From the NCBI GenBank assembly GCA_965206595.1, contig OZ242214.1:640001-704000 (forward strand): a DNA stretch of 64,000 nucleotides, read 5' to 3'. Of the stretch, positions 19,844-29,788 are shown one piece after another. How positions within the stretch are numbered: position 1 is the stretch's first letter; each line of letters starts with the position of its first letter. The DNA is from Candidatus Latescibacterota bacterium (lineage in GTDB: Bacteria > Latescibacterota > UBA2968 > UBA8231). A program made the translations under genes and the position numbers. The notes beneath the pieces are model-generated. The model was not told the DNA's origin. It worked only from the letters and a program-made list of their open reading frames with translations, and searched no databases.

Positions 19844-22658
19844 CGGCCCGCTCCTGTCCGAGGCGGCGGTAGCGACGCTCGAAAGCCTCCCGCCCTCCTT
19901 CCATGATGCGGCAGACTTCCTCGCGCATGGCCGACTCCTGCAACGAACCACGTTGCGTGACCACACACTGGCCGTTGCAGAAGTCGAGGGCGTGCAGCAT
20001 TTCGGCGTCGCCGTTGACGACGATGTTGGGATTGTGGGTGACCACGACGATCTGTCGGCGGCGCTTGTTCTCCCGCATCTGCCGCACCACCAGGTCGTAG
20101 ATCAGGTGGTTGTCGAGGTCGTCTTCGGGCTGGTCCAACACCAGCGGCTCGTCGCCGTGGGCAAGCAGGAAGGCGAGCATGGCGGCTGCTCGTTGCCCGG
20201 CGGAAGCCTGGCCGATGGGGCGAAAGCCGGTGCCGTCGCCCTTGGGGCTGTACTCCACCCGCAAGGCGTCTTCAGGGAACCACGCGAGCAGGCCGTCCAG
20301 CAGGGCGGGCGAGCGTTCGGTCTCGCGCTCGAGGTAATTGCTGAAGGCACCCCCGAAACGGCCGTTACCTCCCGCGCTTGCCGTCTGGACACGTTCCTTC
20401 CATTGCGCGATGCGCTGTTCCATCTCCCGACCGTGCTCGTCGGCGGACTCTGGAAGGTCCGCCAGCAAGTCCACGACATTCCCCCTGGGACTGCCCCCAT
20501 CGTCCGTAAGGATGTCACTTTGGAAGCGGTTGCCGGTCACGTTGAGGACCTCCCGCATGGAGCGCTCAACGACGCGGGCCTCGTCGCCATATGGCCGTAT
20601 CGAGATGCGCACGAAGCGGTTCCCGGTAAGAGCTTGGGCGAGAAACGCCGCGCGTGCGGCAGTCACGGCGCGGCGGCAGTCGAGGACGCGATCCAGGCTC
20701 TCGCGAGCATGCGCGGCCAGCCGATCACGCTCTTCCGCCAAGGAGTCCAGATCGGCCAGTTCCCCGTCGAGCCGCTGGCGATCCTGGGTCAGGCGGCCGT
20801 ATTCGCTCGGATCTGCGACGCCCTCGGCCTGAAGGTCGCGAACGAGCGCGTCGTAGTCGTCCTCGGCCTGCCGGGCCGCGGCCGTCCAGGTGCTGTCTGC
20901 GAGTGCCCGGCGCTGCGCAGCCAGCGCCTCACTCAGACGCGCGGCCGCCCTGGGCAAGTCCTGGCGGGCGGCTTCGACCGAAGAGGCCAGGTCAGCAATG
21001 ATCGCCGCGGCGGCCGCATCCTCCGGTGAGTCGTCGAAGGTCCCTGCCGGCAGATCCTCGGGCAGCAATTCCTCGGCGCGGGCTTCGATTCGCCCGGCGA
21101 TCTCCTCGGCCGTCTCGAACTGCCGCTCGAGCTCACGGCGCTGTCTGCGCCGGCGCTGGTAGGTCGCAAGAACGGCCTGATGGCCTGCCTCCTCGAAGCG
21201 GCTGAGCTTGCGGTGGGTGTCCTGCCGTTCCACCTCCAGACCGTCCCGGGCCTGCAACTGCGTCTCGAGTTCCCGCACCCGCGCCCGCAGCGTCTGGAAG
21301 GCGTTGACGGCTTCGGCAAGCTTCCGCTTCGGCCCGTCCGTATCTGCGGCATCGTCGATCACGTCGAGCAGCGCCTGCTGGTTGTCGCCGGCCAGTTCGG
21401 CGATCTGCCCCTGGTTGAAGATGCGCAAGGGGAAGCGTTGGCTGTTTACGCTCTGTACCGGCGACTCCTGCCAGGCAGCGCCGGCCTCCTCCTCCACGAC
21501 AACACCCTTGGCCTCCTGGCGCCAATGGACGCGATGCCGCACTTCGTCCCGGACCACAGTCCACGTGATCGCGGTCGAGGCCCGCAGGCCGCCGTCCTCA
21601 CTCCGATGCGAAGGCAGGCGGTCGAAACGCTCGAAGGTCCGCCGCACCGGACTGTGGGTGTCGAGACGGGTCAAGTCCGTGTGGCGCCTCGATGCGAGCC
21701 TGAGAGCATGGACCACCGTGGACTTTCCGGTTCCGCGCCCGCCGACCAAGGCGTTGAGCCAGGGGCTGAACTCGATCCGGGCGGGTTCGCCGCGCCCCAT
21801 GAAGCGGGCATCGCTGATCTCGATGGATTCGATGTAATGGGTCGGCAGCCTGTTCGGATCGAAGGGGTCAGGATCGTCGCTGCGCCGGATGGAAAAGCCG
21901 GGTCCGTCGAGCAGAGCCAGACGCAGTCCTTCCAAGGAGGGTACGGACATCTTCACCCAAGTGGAGTGCGAGCCGGGGGTCCGCTCTCCCGACGCAAGAG
22001 CCGGGTGATGAGAATCCGATCCGAGCACCTCGGCCCATGCGAGCTTGCGCTGCCGGTAGAGTTCGTGCGGGTCCGACGCCGGATCGACCACCTCCATGGC
22101 AAACAGGTCGGAGCAATCGAGCAGGGGGCCGAGGCTGCTTCCGGGCAACCCCCAGGCCCCTGAGGGGCCGTCTACATGTGCGGGAATCGCGATGGCTCCG
22201 TTCTCCGCGATGGCCTTCACTACTTCAATGACCGACGCATCGGCGGCCCGGTCGCCTTGCCCGCGCACACCCTTGTATCGGACCGCTCCGAGGAGCCCGT
22301 TGATGTCTGCGGATCCCTTCGCCGTATCGAAGAGGGCGAGCAGGTGAATGCCGGCGTTGGCGGTGATCTCGACGCCGGGGAAGAGACGCAGCGGACAATA
22401 GTCGGGGTGGTCCTGGAGTCCCTTCAGCGCCTCTTTCAGCTTGTCGATCCACTCGCCGGAGTTATGGTCCGTAACCGCCACGCAATCCACTCCAGCCCGC
22501 ATGAAGCCAAGCAGCCAGTCCTCCGGTGTGATTTCCCGTAAGGAATCCTGGTCCTTTCCCTTGCCATAGTCCGCAGATGCGGGCGTATGGGTGTGGAAAT
22601 CGAACTTCCACCACCGTGCCCCAGGGTAGATCCACTCCTGTCCTGTTCTGATTGTCAT
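19833..22658 (-). CDS. PHP phosphoesterase fused to SMC/ABC-type ATPase (Ppl/TrlF-like defence protein)
   Basis: PHP motifs DFHTHTPAS, VTDHN, GVE, AHVD and GSDSH. ATPase motifs GGRGTGKS, coiled coil, ASAGQ, LDQPEDDLD and VTHNPN. Confidence 0.9.
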   Translation of the reverse strand: MTIRTGQEWIYPGARWWKFDFHTHTPASADYGKGKDQDSLREITPEDWLLGFMRAGVDCVAVTDHNSGEWIDKLKEALKGLQDHPDYCPLRLFPGVEITANAGIHLLALFDTAKGSADINGLLGAVRYKGVRGQGDRAADASVIEVVKAIAENGAIAIPAHVDGPSGAWGLPGSSLGPLLDCSDLFAMEVVDPASDPHELYRQRKLAWAEVLGSDSHHPALASGERTPGSHSTWVKMSVPSLEGLRLALLDGPGFSIRRSDDPDPFDPNRLPTHYIESIEISDARFMGRGEPARIEFSPWLNALVGGRGTGKSTVVHALRLASRRHTDLTRLDTHSPVRRTFERFDRLPSHRSEDGGLRASTAITWTVVRDEVRHRVHWRQEAKGVVVEEEAGAAWQESPVQSVNSQRFPLRIFNQGQIAELAGDNQQALLDVIDDAADTDGPKRKLAEAVNAFQTLRARVRELETQLQARDGLEVERQDTHRKLSRFEEAGHQAVLATYQRRRRQRRELERQFETAEEIAGRIEARAEELLPEDLPAGTFDDSPEDAAAAAIIADLASSVEAARQDLPRAAARLSEALAAQRRALADSTWTAAARQAEDDYDALVRDLQAEGVADPSEYGRLTQDRQRLDGELADLDSLAEERDRLAAHARESLDRVLDCRRAVTAARAAFLAQALTGNRFVRISIRPYGDEARVVERSMREVLNVTGNRFQSDILTDDGGSPRGNVVDLLADLPESADEHGREMEQRIAQWKERVQTASAGGNGRFGGAFSNYLERETERSPALLDGLLAWFPEDALRVEYSPKGDGTGFRPIGQASAGQRAAAMLAFLLAHGDEPLVLDQPEDDLDNHLIYDLVVRQMRENKRRRQIVVVTHNPNIVVNGDAEMLHALDFCNGQCVVTQRGSLQESAMREEVCRIMEGGREAFERRYRRLGQERADVR

Positions 22659-22809
22659 GGCTGCCTTCTCTCCGGCTGTTCTCGGGGCGATTGCTTCCCG
22701 GCTGAAGTCATGTACACCACTTTCACGCGCTCATCGGTGAACTCTCGCCGTCTCGCCAAAACCCAGGGGGTGCCGAGCGAGAGCGGCAATTGTGCGCACG
22801 ATTCCGCGC

Positions 22810-23961
22810 TCATTTCGCACGATTCCCGGGCACGTCCAGGGACGGCTCGGGGAGATAGCGGACACCCCTGCCCTTTCCCTCCATACGCAGGAGACCGCTC
22901 TCGACGAGTCGCCGCAGCTCGCGGGCGGCGGTATAGCGGCTGACCGCGAAGATCCTGCGGTAGTCGGCGTTGCTCAGGCTCGGGTGCCGGAGGAAATGCT
23001 CGCGCAGGCCGGCAAGACGGGAGCTGGCGAATTCGGCGGTCCCGGGGATTGCATCCAGCGGCCCAGCCACCGGCTCGTTGTAGAGACGGACGGAGAACAC
23101 GCCGTCCTCCATCTCGACCTCCGGTTCCCGCAGAAAGCTCTCCTCCATCTCTTCGAAGATCCGCGCGACGCCCTCTCCGTCGCGCATGACTCCGGCATCG
23201 GCCAGCACCCGCACGATGAGCGGATTGCGGGTGGCGTGGGCAGGAAGGCGCTCTCGAAGCCTGGCGAGGGTCACCGGGGGAAGGAGGTCTCCGGGGCTCG
23301 ATACCTCCATCCGGTCTTCATAGAACCAGGCTTCCACTTCGCGCCCCTGGTACTCGTAGTCCCGGTGAGCGAAGGCGTTGACGATCGCCTCCTGCCAGGC
23401 GAAGTCGGGATATTCCGGGACCTCTTCGAAATAGAGGCCGTTGAGCTTTTCGGAGCGGCGGACTTGCTGGCCGGCGAGCCGGTGGGCTTCGGCAATCGCC
23501 TTCGCGAGCGGCGGGTCGGCGCGGCCGACCTGCGTCACGTTTCTTCGCCGGCCATGCTGGCGGCTCGTCCCGGCGACCCGAAACAGCCGCAGTCCGGCGC
23601 GCGGATGCCACCGGAGCGCGGGCGCCCTGGCGAACAGCAGGAGCGCGGCATTCGTGACTCGCCACTCCTGTGCGGACTGCTCGATCAGGCCGTAGTAGCT
23701 GAGTGCTTCCGTGACCGGGCGCGCTCCGACAGGGGTCCGGGCCAGGAATTCCCGGGCAAGCTCCAGATCGAGGTCGTCCAGGGTGGCGTCCGAGCGGAAG
23801 CGCTGCTCGTAACCGACCCGGCGGTAGACTTGCTTGCGTTCGTTGATGACTTCCTGCGGCTCTCGCGTCACGTGGTCGCCGCTTCTCGACAGCAGATGTC
23901 CGATTGCGTGCAGGTCGTCCTTGCCCTCCACCCACAGAATGGAGGTTTCCGGCTGAGACAT
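22810..23961 (-). CDS. Chimeric ORF: DUF3226/TOPRIM-like N-terminal stub fused to HATPase_c_4 plus HTH
   Basis: Starts ILWVEGKDDLHAI, a TOPRIM-like VEG motif, then switches to EAIVNAFAHRDY, VSSPG, RNP and a C-terminal wHTH (LSNADYR...ARELRRLV..G...G.GRG..Y). Confidence 0.75.
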   Translation of the reverse strand: MSQPETSILWVEGKDDLHAIGHLLSRSGDHVTREPQEVINERKQVYRRVGYEQRFRSDATLDDLDLELAREFLARTPVGARPVTEALSYYGLIEQSAQEWRVTNAALLLFARAPALRWHPRAGLRLFRVAGTSRQHGRRRNVTQVGRADPPLAKAIAEAHRLAGQQVRRSEKLNGLYFEEVPEYPDFAWQEAIVNAFAHRDYEYQGREVEAWFYEDRMEVSSPGDLLPPVTLARLRERLPAHATRNPLIVRVLADAGVMRDGEGVARIFEEMEESFLREPEVEMEDGVFSVRLYNEPVAGPLDAIPGTAEFASSRLAGLREHFLRHPSLSNADYRRIFAVSRYTAARELRRLVESGLLRMEGKGRGVRYLPEPSLDVPGNRAK

Positions 23962-25055
23962 CAGCGAACCTCGATTTCCTGCTCCACGGCGATCCCGATC
24001 TGCTCGCCCCGTAGAGGCACGGCATGATCGAGGTCAGCATGCACCTTTTGCAGGGAGACCTTCTCCGCAAGGCCGGGTCGAGACCTGACCAGTGTTCCGA
24101 GCCCGCGAATGCAGTCATGGCTGTGCGTCGTTGCGAATATCTGCACGTTGCATCTGTCCGCTACCTCGACGAGGAGCCGCCATACATCCTCGAGGACGGT
24201 CCAGTGCAGGCCGGAGTCGATCTCGTCGATCAGCAGGTATCCGTCCGTGGCGGAGACGAGGGCCAGGCGCAAAGCCAGCAGGCGGCGCAGGCCATTTCCG
24301 TAATTGCCGATCGGCATCCGGCGTCCTCGGTCTCGAAGGCCGACCAGGATCCCCCCGGGGCCGGGTCTGCCAGTCAGAAAGTGAATCGAGTCGATTTCGG
24401 GCACGAGAAGCCGCATGTCTTCTGCGATTTCACTCTCAAGGCCGTCAGCAAGAACTCTGTCCCATGCGTCTCCCATACGCTCGGATGCAAAGGATTCCAG
24501 CCCGAGAAAGCGAACCGGGGACGGGGAGAGGCCATTGCGCAAAGATGGCCGCCGCCAGAAGTCATGCAGGATCGTCCCGTCTTCGGCCATCGGTAGAGCG
24601 ACTGCCTCTTCCGCTGCGCCGAGCGCAATGCGCAGGCCGAACGCGGGTACGATCTCCTCGTCCTCATCGAGTTCCCGCCGCCGCACACGATTCCTTCCGG
24701 TCTCCCATAGATCGGCGTCTTCTCCCACTTCATCGACGGACAGTATCGTCGCCGACAATTCGCGATCGTCGTGGGAAGACAACTTGAAAGAGGCGCCGGG
24801 TTCGCAAGTGTGGCCGAAGAACAAGTGGGAGGCGTTCACTTCATGCCGTCGCCGATAGGAGATCCCTTCGTCATGGCGCTGGGCGACCTCGGAGAAAACA
24901 GAAAGGTGGCCGTTGGAAACGAGGAGCTCGACCGCTTCGAGAAGGGACGTCTTGCCGCAGTTGTTCTTGCCGACGAGAAGGTTCACGGTTGTTAGTTCGG
25001 CCAACTCGTAGGATTCGAAGGCGCGGAATCCACGCAGCGCGAGGGATTTCAGCAT
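23961..25055 (-). CDS. AAA_15/AAA_21 ABC-type ATPase
   Basis: Motifs VGKNNCGKTS, YGNG signature, LIDEIDSGLH and ATTHS. The stop overlaps the start of the next gene (TGATG). Confidence 0.88.
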   Translation of the reverse strand: MLKSLALRGFRAFESYELAELTTVNLLVGKNNCGKTSLLEAVELLVSNGHLSVFSEVAQRHDEGISYRRRHEVNASHLFFGHTCEPGASFKLSSHDDRELSATILSVDEVGEDADLWETGRNRVRRRELDEDEEIVPAFGLRIALGAAEEAVALPMAEDGTILHDFWRRPSLRNGLSPSPVRFLGLESFASERMGDAWDRVLADGLESEIAEDMRLLVPEIDSIHFLTGRPGPGGILVGLRDRGRRMPIGNYGNGLRRLLALRLALVSATDGYLLIDEIDSGLHWTVLEDVWRLLVEVADRCNVQIFATTHSHDCIRGLGTLVRSRPGLAEKVSLQKVHADLDHAVPLRGEQIGIAVEQEIEVR

Positions 25056-25167
25056 CCTGGTGCTACCTCGTTTCGGATCACGCAGGATCCGGGAGAGTCG
25101 ACCCTCATGTTGAGGACTCCCCAAGGGTACCGGGGGGGCCGCGCCTCGATCAAGACGCTGAAGGTCC

Positions 25168-28100
25168 TCAGAGACACGGGTCCGCTTCGTCTCTGGCGCG
25201 CTGCTTGTGCGCCATGGTCAGATGCAGGTCGTTGACCCGGTCGCCGGTGAACTCGCCGTTGCGCCAGAACCAGGGGAATTCCTCCCTTGGACGCAGTTCC
25301 TTGTTGTCTTCGGGGTCCCAGTCGTCGTCTTCAAGCCACGGAGGCTTCGACCGTTTGCCGCGGGTCAGGGGCTCCTTGCCGCGGTCCTTGCGCCAGTGAA
25401 TGTTCGGCTTGGAGCGCAGGATACCCGCGCCCTTCTTCCCGCCGGGGATGTCCTCCGCCATGAAGGGGCGGATGTTCAGGCGCACGCCGTCGTTGATGTC
25501 CGGCTCCCAGCCGACGGGCTGCTCCTTGAGGGGCTTCCAGCGGACGAATATGTCGAAGGGCGGTTCACCTTCGAGGATGGCGGAAAGGCGCTTCTGCAGC
25601 TCAAGGGCCGCGAGGAGACGGTCGTCCGCGCCGCCTTCGCCGCGTTTCACGCCGTCCTGCTGGCGGGTAATCCAGTCGCCGAGATAGCTGTAGGTCAGGG
25701 ATTCGAGAAGCTGGCGGCCCTTGCCACCGCCTTCGGCCAGCTTGTGGTAATTGACCAGGGCTTGGAAGCCGTCGCGACGGCCGTCATGGATGTGCCAGAC
25801 GAAGGGGCGGTGGTGAAACAGCTTGCAGTGTTCGTCGAAGAAACCATGGCGCAGCCAGTCATCGAGAGTCGCGCTGCCTGCCTCGGCAAGAAGCTTGCTG
25901 AGCACACCGTCGTTCCATTCGTCGCGGAAGGAGGATGCCAGCAGTCGGAGGAGCCGGTCTCCCGCGGGCGGCTCGCCACGTACGGAAGGGATGCAGACGA
26001 TGCCGTCCTCGTCGGCGTGGGAAAGCAGTTCCTTGCAACGTGCCACCCATTCGCGCTGCTCGTCGGCGAGCTCCATGCCAGCATCCTGCTCCGCGGGCCA
26101 GCGGTAGCCGAGCAGGCGGGCGACGGCGACCTGTAACACAGTGGGATCGGTGCGGTGAGGACCGTGAGCGGTCCATTTGCTGGTTTCGTCCCAGACGACC
26201 GAGCCGCAGGGGTGGCCGTGGAAGATCCACTGGGTGGGATCATCGGAGTATGGTAAGGGAAGGCCGTTGGGGTATCGTTCGGTTGCGATCTTGGTCCAGT
26301 GGTCGAGGTCGAAGGGGACTTTGGCTAGCGTGGCGTTGGTGACCTTGAGTGTCTGGTCGATGCGACGAACCGCCTTGTGGTACTCGGGGGAAGAGCAAAA
26401 GCACCAGATGGCAGGAAGGTGTACTGGATCCTTTGGAACAACCGTTGCGCAGTTCATATCCCAGGGACTTCCCATGTTCAAGGTGGCGGGAAGTTCTACC
26501 ATTTGTCGTACGGCTACGCCAAGTTTCTCCCAAGCAGCTTGTCCTTGGATTCGTGCGGCTCCAGATGATCCGAGATATCCCTTTCCATCTTCCCAAAGGA
26601 ATACTTGATGCCGACCACCGAAGTGCCCTGTTTCATCACCGGTCGACTGAAATGTCTTCCACGCACCGTAAATCCCATGCGTTTCCCAAAACGCAAATAT
26701 GAAGCGCGGGTTGTCTCCCGTTGTGATTCCCTGATAGGAGGATGTGTATTCATCGAGGAGACTGGTATCCGCTGCCTGATCCAATGTGACTCGCGCATCT
26801 GGGTTCTTTAACTGCCGGGCCTGCTCGACACCTTGGATGGCCGACTGCGCTAACCGCTCAGCCTTCTCGGCAGGGGTGCGATAGTCGGAAACGTCCAAGC
26901 CATACATCATGCCGGCTCGTGTCTTTTCGCTGAACCGCTTGCCCTTATGCTGGCGGGGATTGTCTCGGCTCAGAGTGAGCAGGACCGCCTTGACGACCTC
27001 GCCGCTGATGGTTTCGAACGCACCCGGGCCCAACCAGGCGAGCAGATGCCAAGTCTCCGTCTTCAGCAGTCTCTCCCGGAGTTTCTTGTAGCTCTTGAGG
27101 GACAGCCAGTTCTGCGGCAGCACGAGGCTGGCGGTCCCGCCCTCGGCACACAGCTTCAGGCAACGCTGCAGGAACACGGTGGCCAAGTCGTTCTTGGCGG
27201 CGGGGTATTTCGCTTGGCAGAAGTCGCGCAGGGCCTTGCCCTGCTTGCCGCGGGCGAGATAGGGCACGTTGGTGATCACGAGGTGATAGCTTCCTGCCAG
27301 CAACTCCGCCGCCCGCGCCATCCCCTGCGCGGCCACGGCCCGTTCCGCCTGCTCGTCGGTGGTCAGCTCCTGTTCGAGCACCGAGGCGAAAAGCGACCGC
27401 ACCGACTCGTAGTCGTGCTGAAAGAGATCCCCCTTCAGCTCACGTGGATCGATGAGGGAGCCGCGCTCCGGCGCCTTCCCGAAGAGATCGTGGAGCTCTT
27501 CCAGGCTGTTGCGGACCTGCGTCGATAACAGGTTGTCATCGACCCCGAAGAGGTTGCGATCGGCCGGCATCCCTCCGGCGTCTGCGGCCTGCTGCGCCAA
27601 CTCGATCCACTGTTCCTTCGTCGCGTTGGGGGCGAGGCCGGAGCAGGCGAGGTGCAGCTCGGGCAGAGGGCGGTACCCGCCCGCTTCGGGGTACGTCCAG
27701 GCGGCGAGAGCGAGGGCGAAGGCCGCAAGCTCGACGCAACGGGGGTCGAGCTCGAGCCCGTGCAAGTTCCCCCCCAACACCCCGTCGACGGCGTCGCGTA
27801 CGGAAAGCCCTTCCCGCTCCACGCGCATGGGAACCAGCATGGAAAGGGCGGCGACCAGGAAGTGACCCGAGCCGCAGCAGGGGTCGAGGATCTTCAGTTC
27901 TGCGAGGTGCTTCGGCCAGCTGTCGAAGGCACCGGCGGCAGGGCGCCAACTTTCCTGCTCCGCAGTGTCCTCACTTCGCACGAAGTGCAGGAAATCGAGG
28001 GGCGCGCCGGGGACCGCCGCCTTCCGGCGCAGAGCGGCTTCGGTGTCAGCTTCCCGCAGATCGGCTTCGCTCAGGAGGCGTGACGCCCACCACGCTCCCA

Positions 28101-28785
28101 GGGTGTTGTCGAGCAGGAAACTCACCATGTAAGGCTCGGTGAAGAGCTGCGTTACCGCAGGCAACTCGTCGGCGCCAACCTTGACCTCGGAACGATTGAC
28201 CTCGGCCTTCTTCCTAGACTGCCAGAACTGGTAGACCCAGCCCAGGGAATCGGTCGCCGTGAAGACCTCGTGCGGTAGACCCTCGACAAGCCCTTCCAGC
28301 TTCAGCCGGTGTTCCCGCGCCATGCTGACCTCGAAGGCCGGGTGATCTGGCCGAAATACCTGGGGCAGCATGCCATGGGCGAAGCGCGCGGCCATCGTCC
28401 ACTTGTCGGCACCCTCCTCCTTGCCTAGTTCCTCGCATTCTTCCAGGGTTACGGCGACGCCCAATTCCGGCTCGATAAGCAGTTGGTTCTCCGCGAGGAA
28501 ACGGGAGAACAGCATACCGTGCCAGTGCTCGTACGCGCATTCGTGCACCAGGTGCCCGATCTCATGACTTCTGGACTGCGGGTCCCGGGAGTCGCCGAGT
28601 TGCCGGGCGCGGGCGCGCAGCCGCTGGCGCAGCGCGCGCTGGCCGGGGCTCATGTGATCGTACGGTTCGCGGTAGTGCACGGCGAGCGTTTCCAGCGCCA
28701 CGCGGGCGCCGGTTTCCGCGACGTCTCGTGCATCCGCGATCGTCCGCTCAAGTTGTTTCCGCAGGTTTGGGGCCAGCGTCTTCAT
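25168..28785 (-). CDS. pglX: BREX adenine methyltransferase PglX (BrxX)
   Basis: Motifs LGWVYQFW, TQLFTEPYMV, motif I LDPCCGSGHF, motif IV-like TNVPY and C-terminal PDINDGVRLNIRPF. Located inside the brx operon. Confidence 0.92.
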   Translation of the reverse strand: MKTLAPNLRKQLERTIADARDVAETGARVALETLAVHYREPYDHMSPGQRALRQRLRARARQLGDSRDPQSRSHEIGHLVHECAYEHWHGMLFSRFLAENQLLIEPELGVAVTLEECEELGKEEGADKWTMAARFAHGMLPQVFRPDHPAFEVSMAREHRLKLEGLVEGLPHEVFTATDSLGWVYQFWQSRKKAEVNRSEVKVGADELPAVTQLFTEPYMVSFLLDNTLGAWWASRLLSEADLREADTEAALRRKAAVPGAPLDFLHFVRSEDTAEQESWRPAAGAFDSWPKHLAELKILDPCCGSGHFLVAALSMLVPMRVEREGLSVRDAVDGVLGGNLHGLELDPRCVELAAFALALAAWTYPEAGGYRPLPELHLACSGLAPNATKEQWIELAQQAADAGGMPADRNLFGVDDNLLSTQVRNSLEELHDLFGKAPERGSLIDPRELKGDLFQHDYESVRSLFASVLEQELTTDEQAERAVAAQGMARAAELLAGSYHLVITNVPYLARGKQGKALRDFCQAKYPAAKNDLATVFLQRCLKLCAEGGTASLVLPQNWLSLKSYKKLRERLLKTETWHLLAWLGPGAFETISGEVVKAVLLTLSRDNPRQHKGKRFSEKTRAGMMYGLDVSDYRTPAEKAERLAQSAIQGVEQARQLKNPDARVTLDQAADTSLLDEYTSSYQGITTGDNPRFIFAFWETHGIYGAWKTFQSTGDETGHFGGRHQVFLWEDGKGYLGSSGAARIQGQAAWEKLGVAVRQMVELPATLNMGSPWDMNCATVVPKDPVHLPAIWCFCSSPEYHKAVRRIDQTLKVTNATLAKVPFDLDHWTKIATERYPNGLPLPYSDDPTQWIFHGHPCGSVVWDETSKWTAHGPHRTDPTVLQVAVARLLGYRWPAEQDAGMELADEQREWVARCKELLSHADEDGIVCIPSVRGEPPAGDRLLRLLASSFRDEWNDGVLSKLLAEAGSATLDDWLRHGFFDEHCKLFHHRPFVWHIHDGRRDGFQALVNYHKLAEGGGKGRQLLESLTYSYLGDWITRQQDGVKRGEGGADDRLLAALELQKRLSAILEGEPPFDIFVRWKPLKEQPVGWEPDINDGVRLNIRPFMAEDIPGGKKGAGILRSKPNIHWRKDRGKEPLTRGKRSKPPWLEDDDWDPEDNKELRPREEFPWFWRNGEFTGDRVNDLHLTMAHKQRARDEADPCL

Positions 28786-28831
28786 TGAATAGCGTTACGT
28801 GGACAGAGGTCAGGATCGCCCAGGTGCTTTC

Positions 28832-29284
28832 TCACCGAAAGAAGGCGTAGGCGGCAAGACCAAAAAAGAGCAGGAAAAAGATGCATGGCAGGCCGACCTC
28901 GACGTTCGTCAGCTTCCAATAGCGGCTTCGTTCCTTGCCCTCGGCAAGCAGTTCCCATTCGCGCTTGAAGAAAGGGTAAGCCAGCTTCTCTTCGAGTTCG
29001 TGCAGGGCCTTGAACTTCCCTGAATTGAGCTGCCGGTAGGAACGGATCACGATATACCAGGAGACGGACAGCAACGAACCGATGGCTCCGGCTGTGAACA
29101 GAATGATCCCCACGGGGACGCAACCCACCCCGAACCTGAGCAAAGCGCCGAGAAACACCATCAGGCCGACGAGCAGGCTGACGTACAAGCGATTCGCTCC
29201 TTCCCGCCGTTGACTCACTTTATCGGCGAGTTCGGCGTGGAGCTTGTATATCTCCAGAAGCTCTGTTTGTCTTGGGTTCGTCAT
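28832..29284 (-). CDS. Small multi-TM membrane protein (RipA/octameric membrane protein-like), candidate pore effector
   Basis: Pattern EIYK...ADKVSQRR..AN..Y, two TM helices, W...IRSYRQLNSGKF...ELE..L...F..EW, then a third hydrophobic segment. Its ATG overlaps the TIR stop (TGATG). Confidence 0.75.
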   Translation of the reverse strand: MTNPRQTELLEIYKLHAELADKVSQRREGANRLYVSLLVGLMVFLGALLRFGVGCVPVGIILFTAGAIGSLLSVSWYIVIRSYRQLNSGKFKALHELEEKLAYPFFKREWELLAEGKERSRYWKLTNVEVGLPCIFFLLFFGLAAYAFFR

Positions 29285-29697
29285 CACGCCAGCTCCCTGA
29301 TAGGGCCTACGATGCTGTCGGTGTTCCATCCGACGATGCTGTCAGCCGCTTGTTTAACACGCACAGAGATTTTCTCGCTTCCCCATGGTTCGACTGCGAC
29401 TATCGGCTTTGATGGATCGAACGACTCCACTGCCAAGTCTATTTCCTTGTCTATCCACTTACTGTACGTAGCATAGACTCCGGCCATAATGAGCACAACG
29501 CTGCCGAAGGCCATTTTTGCTCGAATCGCCTCCCGCAACTTCGCATCTGTTCCTGCATGATAAATTGGATCATCTCGGGGTACCGAGTAGTCGGCAAACT
29601 TGAAGTAGCTCTTCGCTCGCAGGAGATTGACGAGCTTGTCGTCGTATGCATCCGAATAACTCCACGAATGGCTGATGAACAAGTGATATGGCTTCAT
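29284..29697 (-). CDS. ThsB-like TIR domain protein (MTH538/DUF1863)
   Basis: Motifs LFISHSW, DYSVP, catalytic-type SKWIDKEI and KPIVAV...IVGW. Start placed at MKPYHLF. Confidence 0.9.
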   Translation of the reverse strand: MKPYHLFISHSWSYSDAYDDKLVNLLRAKSYFKFADYSVPRDDPIYHAGTDAKLREAIRAKMAFGSVVLIMAGVYATYSKWIDKEIDLAVESFDPSKPIVAVEPWGSEKISVRVKQAADSIVGWNTDSIVGPIRELA

Positions 29698-29788
29698 GTC
29701 TTCATGGCTTCTTCCTTCGTTGATAGTCCCGAGGCTGCTAAACAGGACACCGTCGAGCCATTGCACGGACTCAGCATCAATGGGCGTG

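Noticed and set aside
22810-25055. Intact PARIS, Gabija or Septu system
   Set aside because: The partner gene has only a short TOPRIM-like stub, and there is no UvrD helicase or HNH gene.
27255-27280. PglX motif NVPY as an inactivated NPPY
   Set aside because: As far as I recall this variant is normal in this PglX subfamily, and the other motifs are intact; an alignment would confirm.
28832-29697. Canonical Thoeris (thsA-thsB)
   Set aside because: No SIR2-SLOG or Macro-domain ThsA is present.
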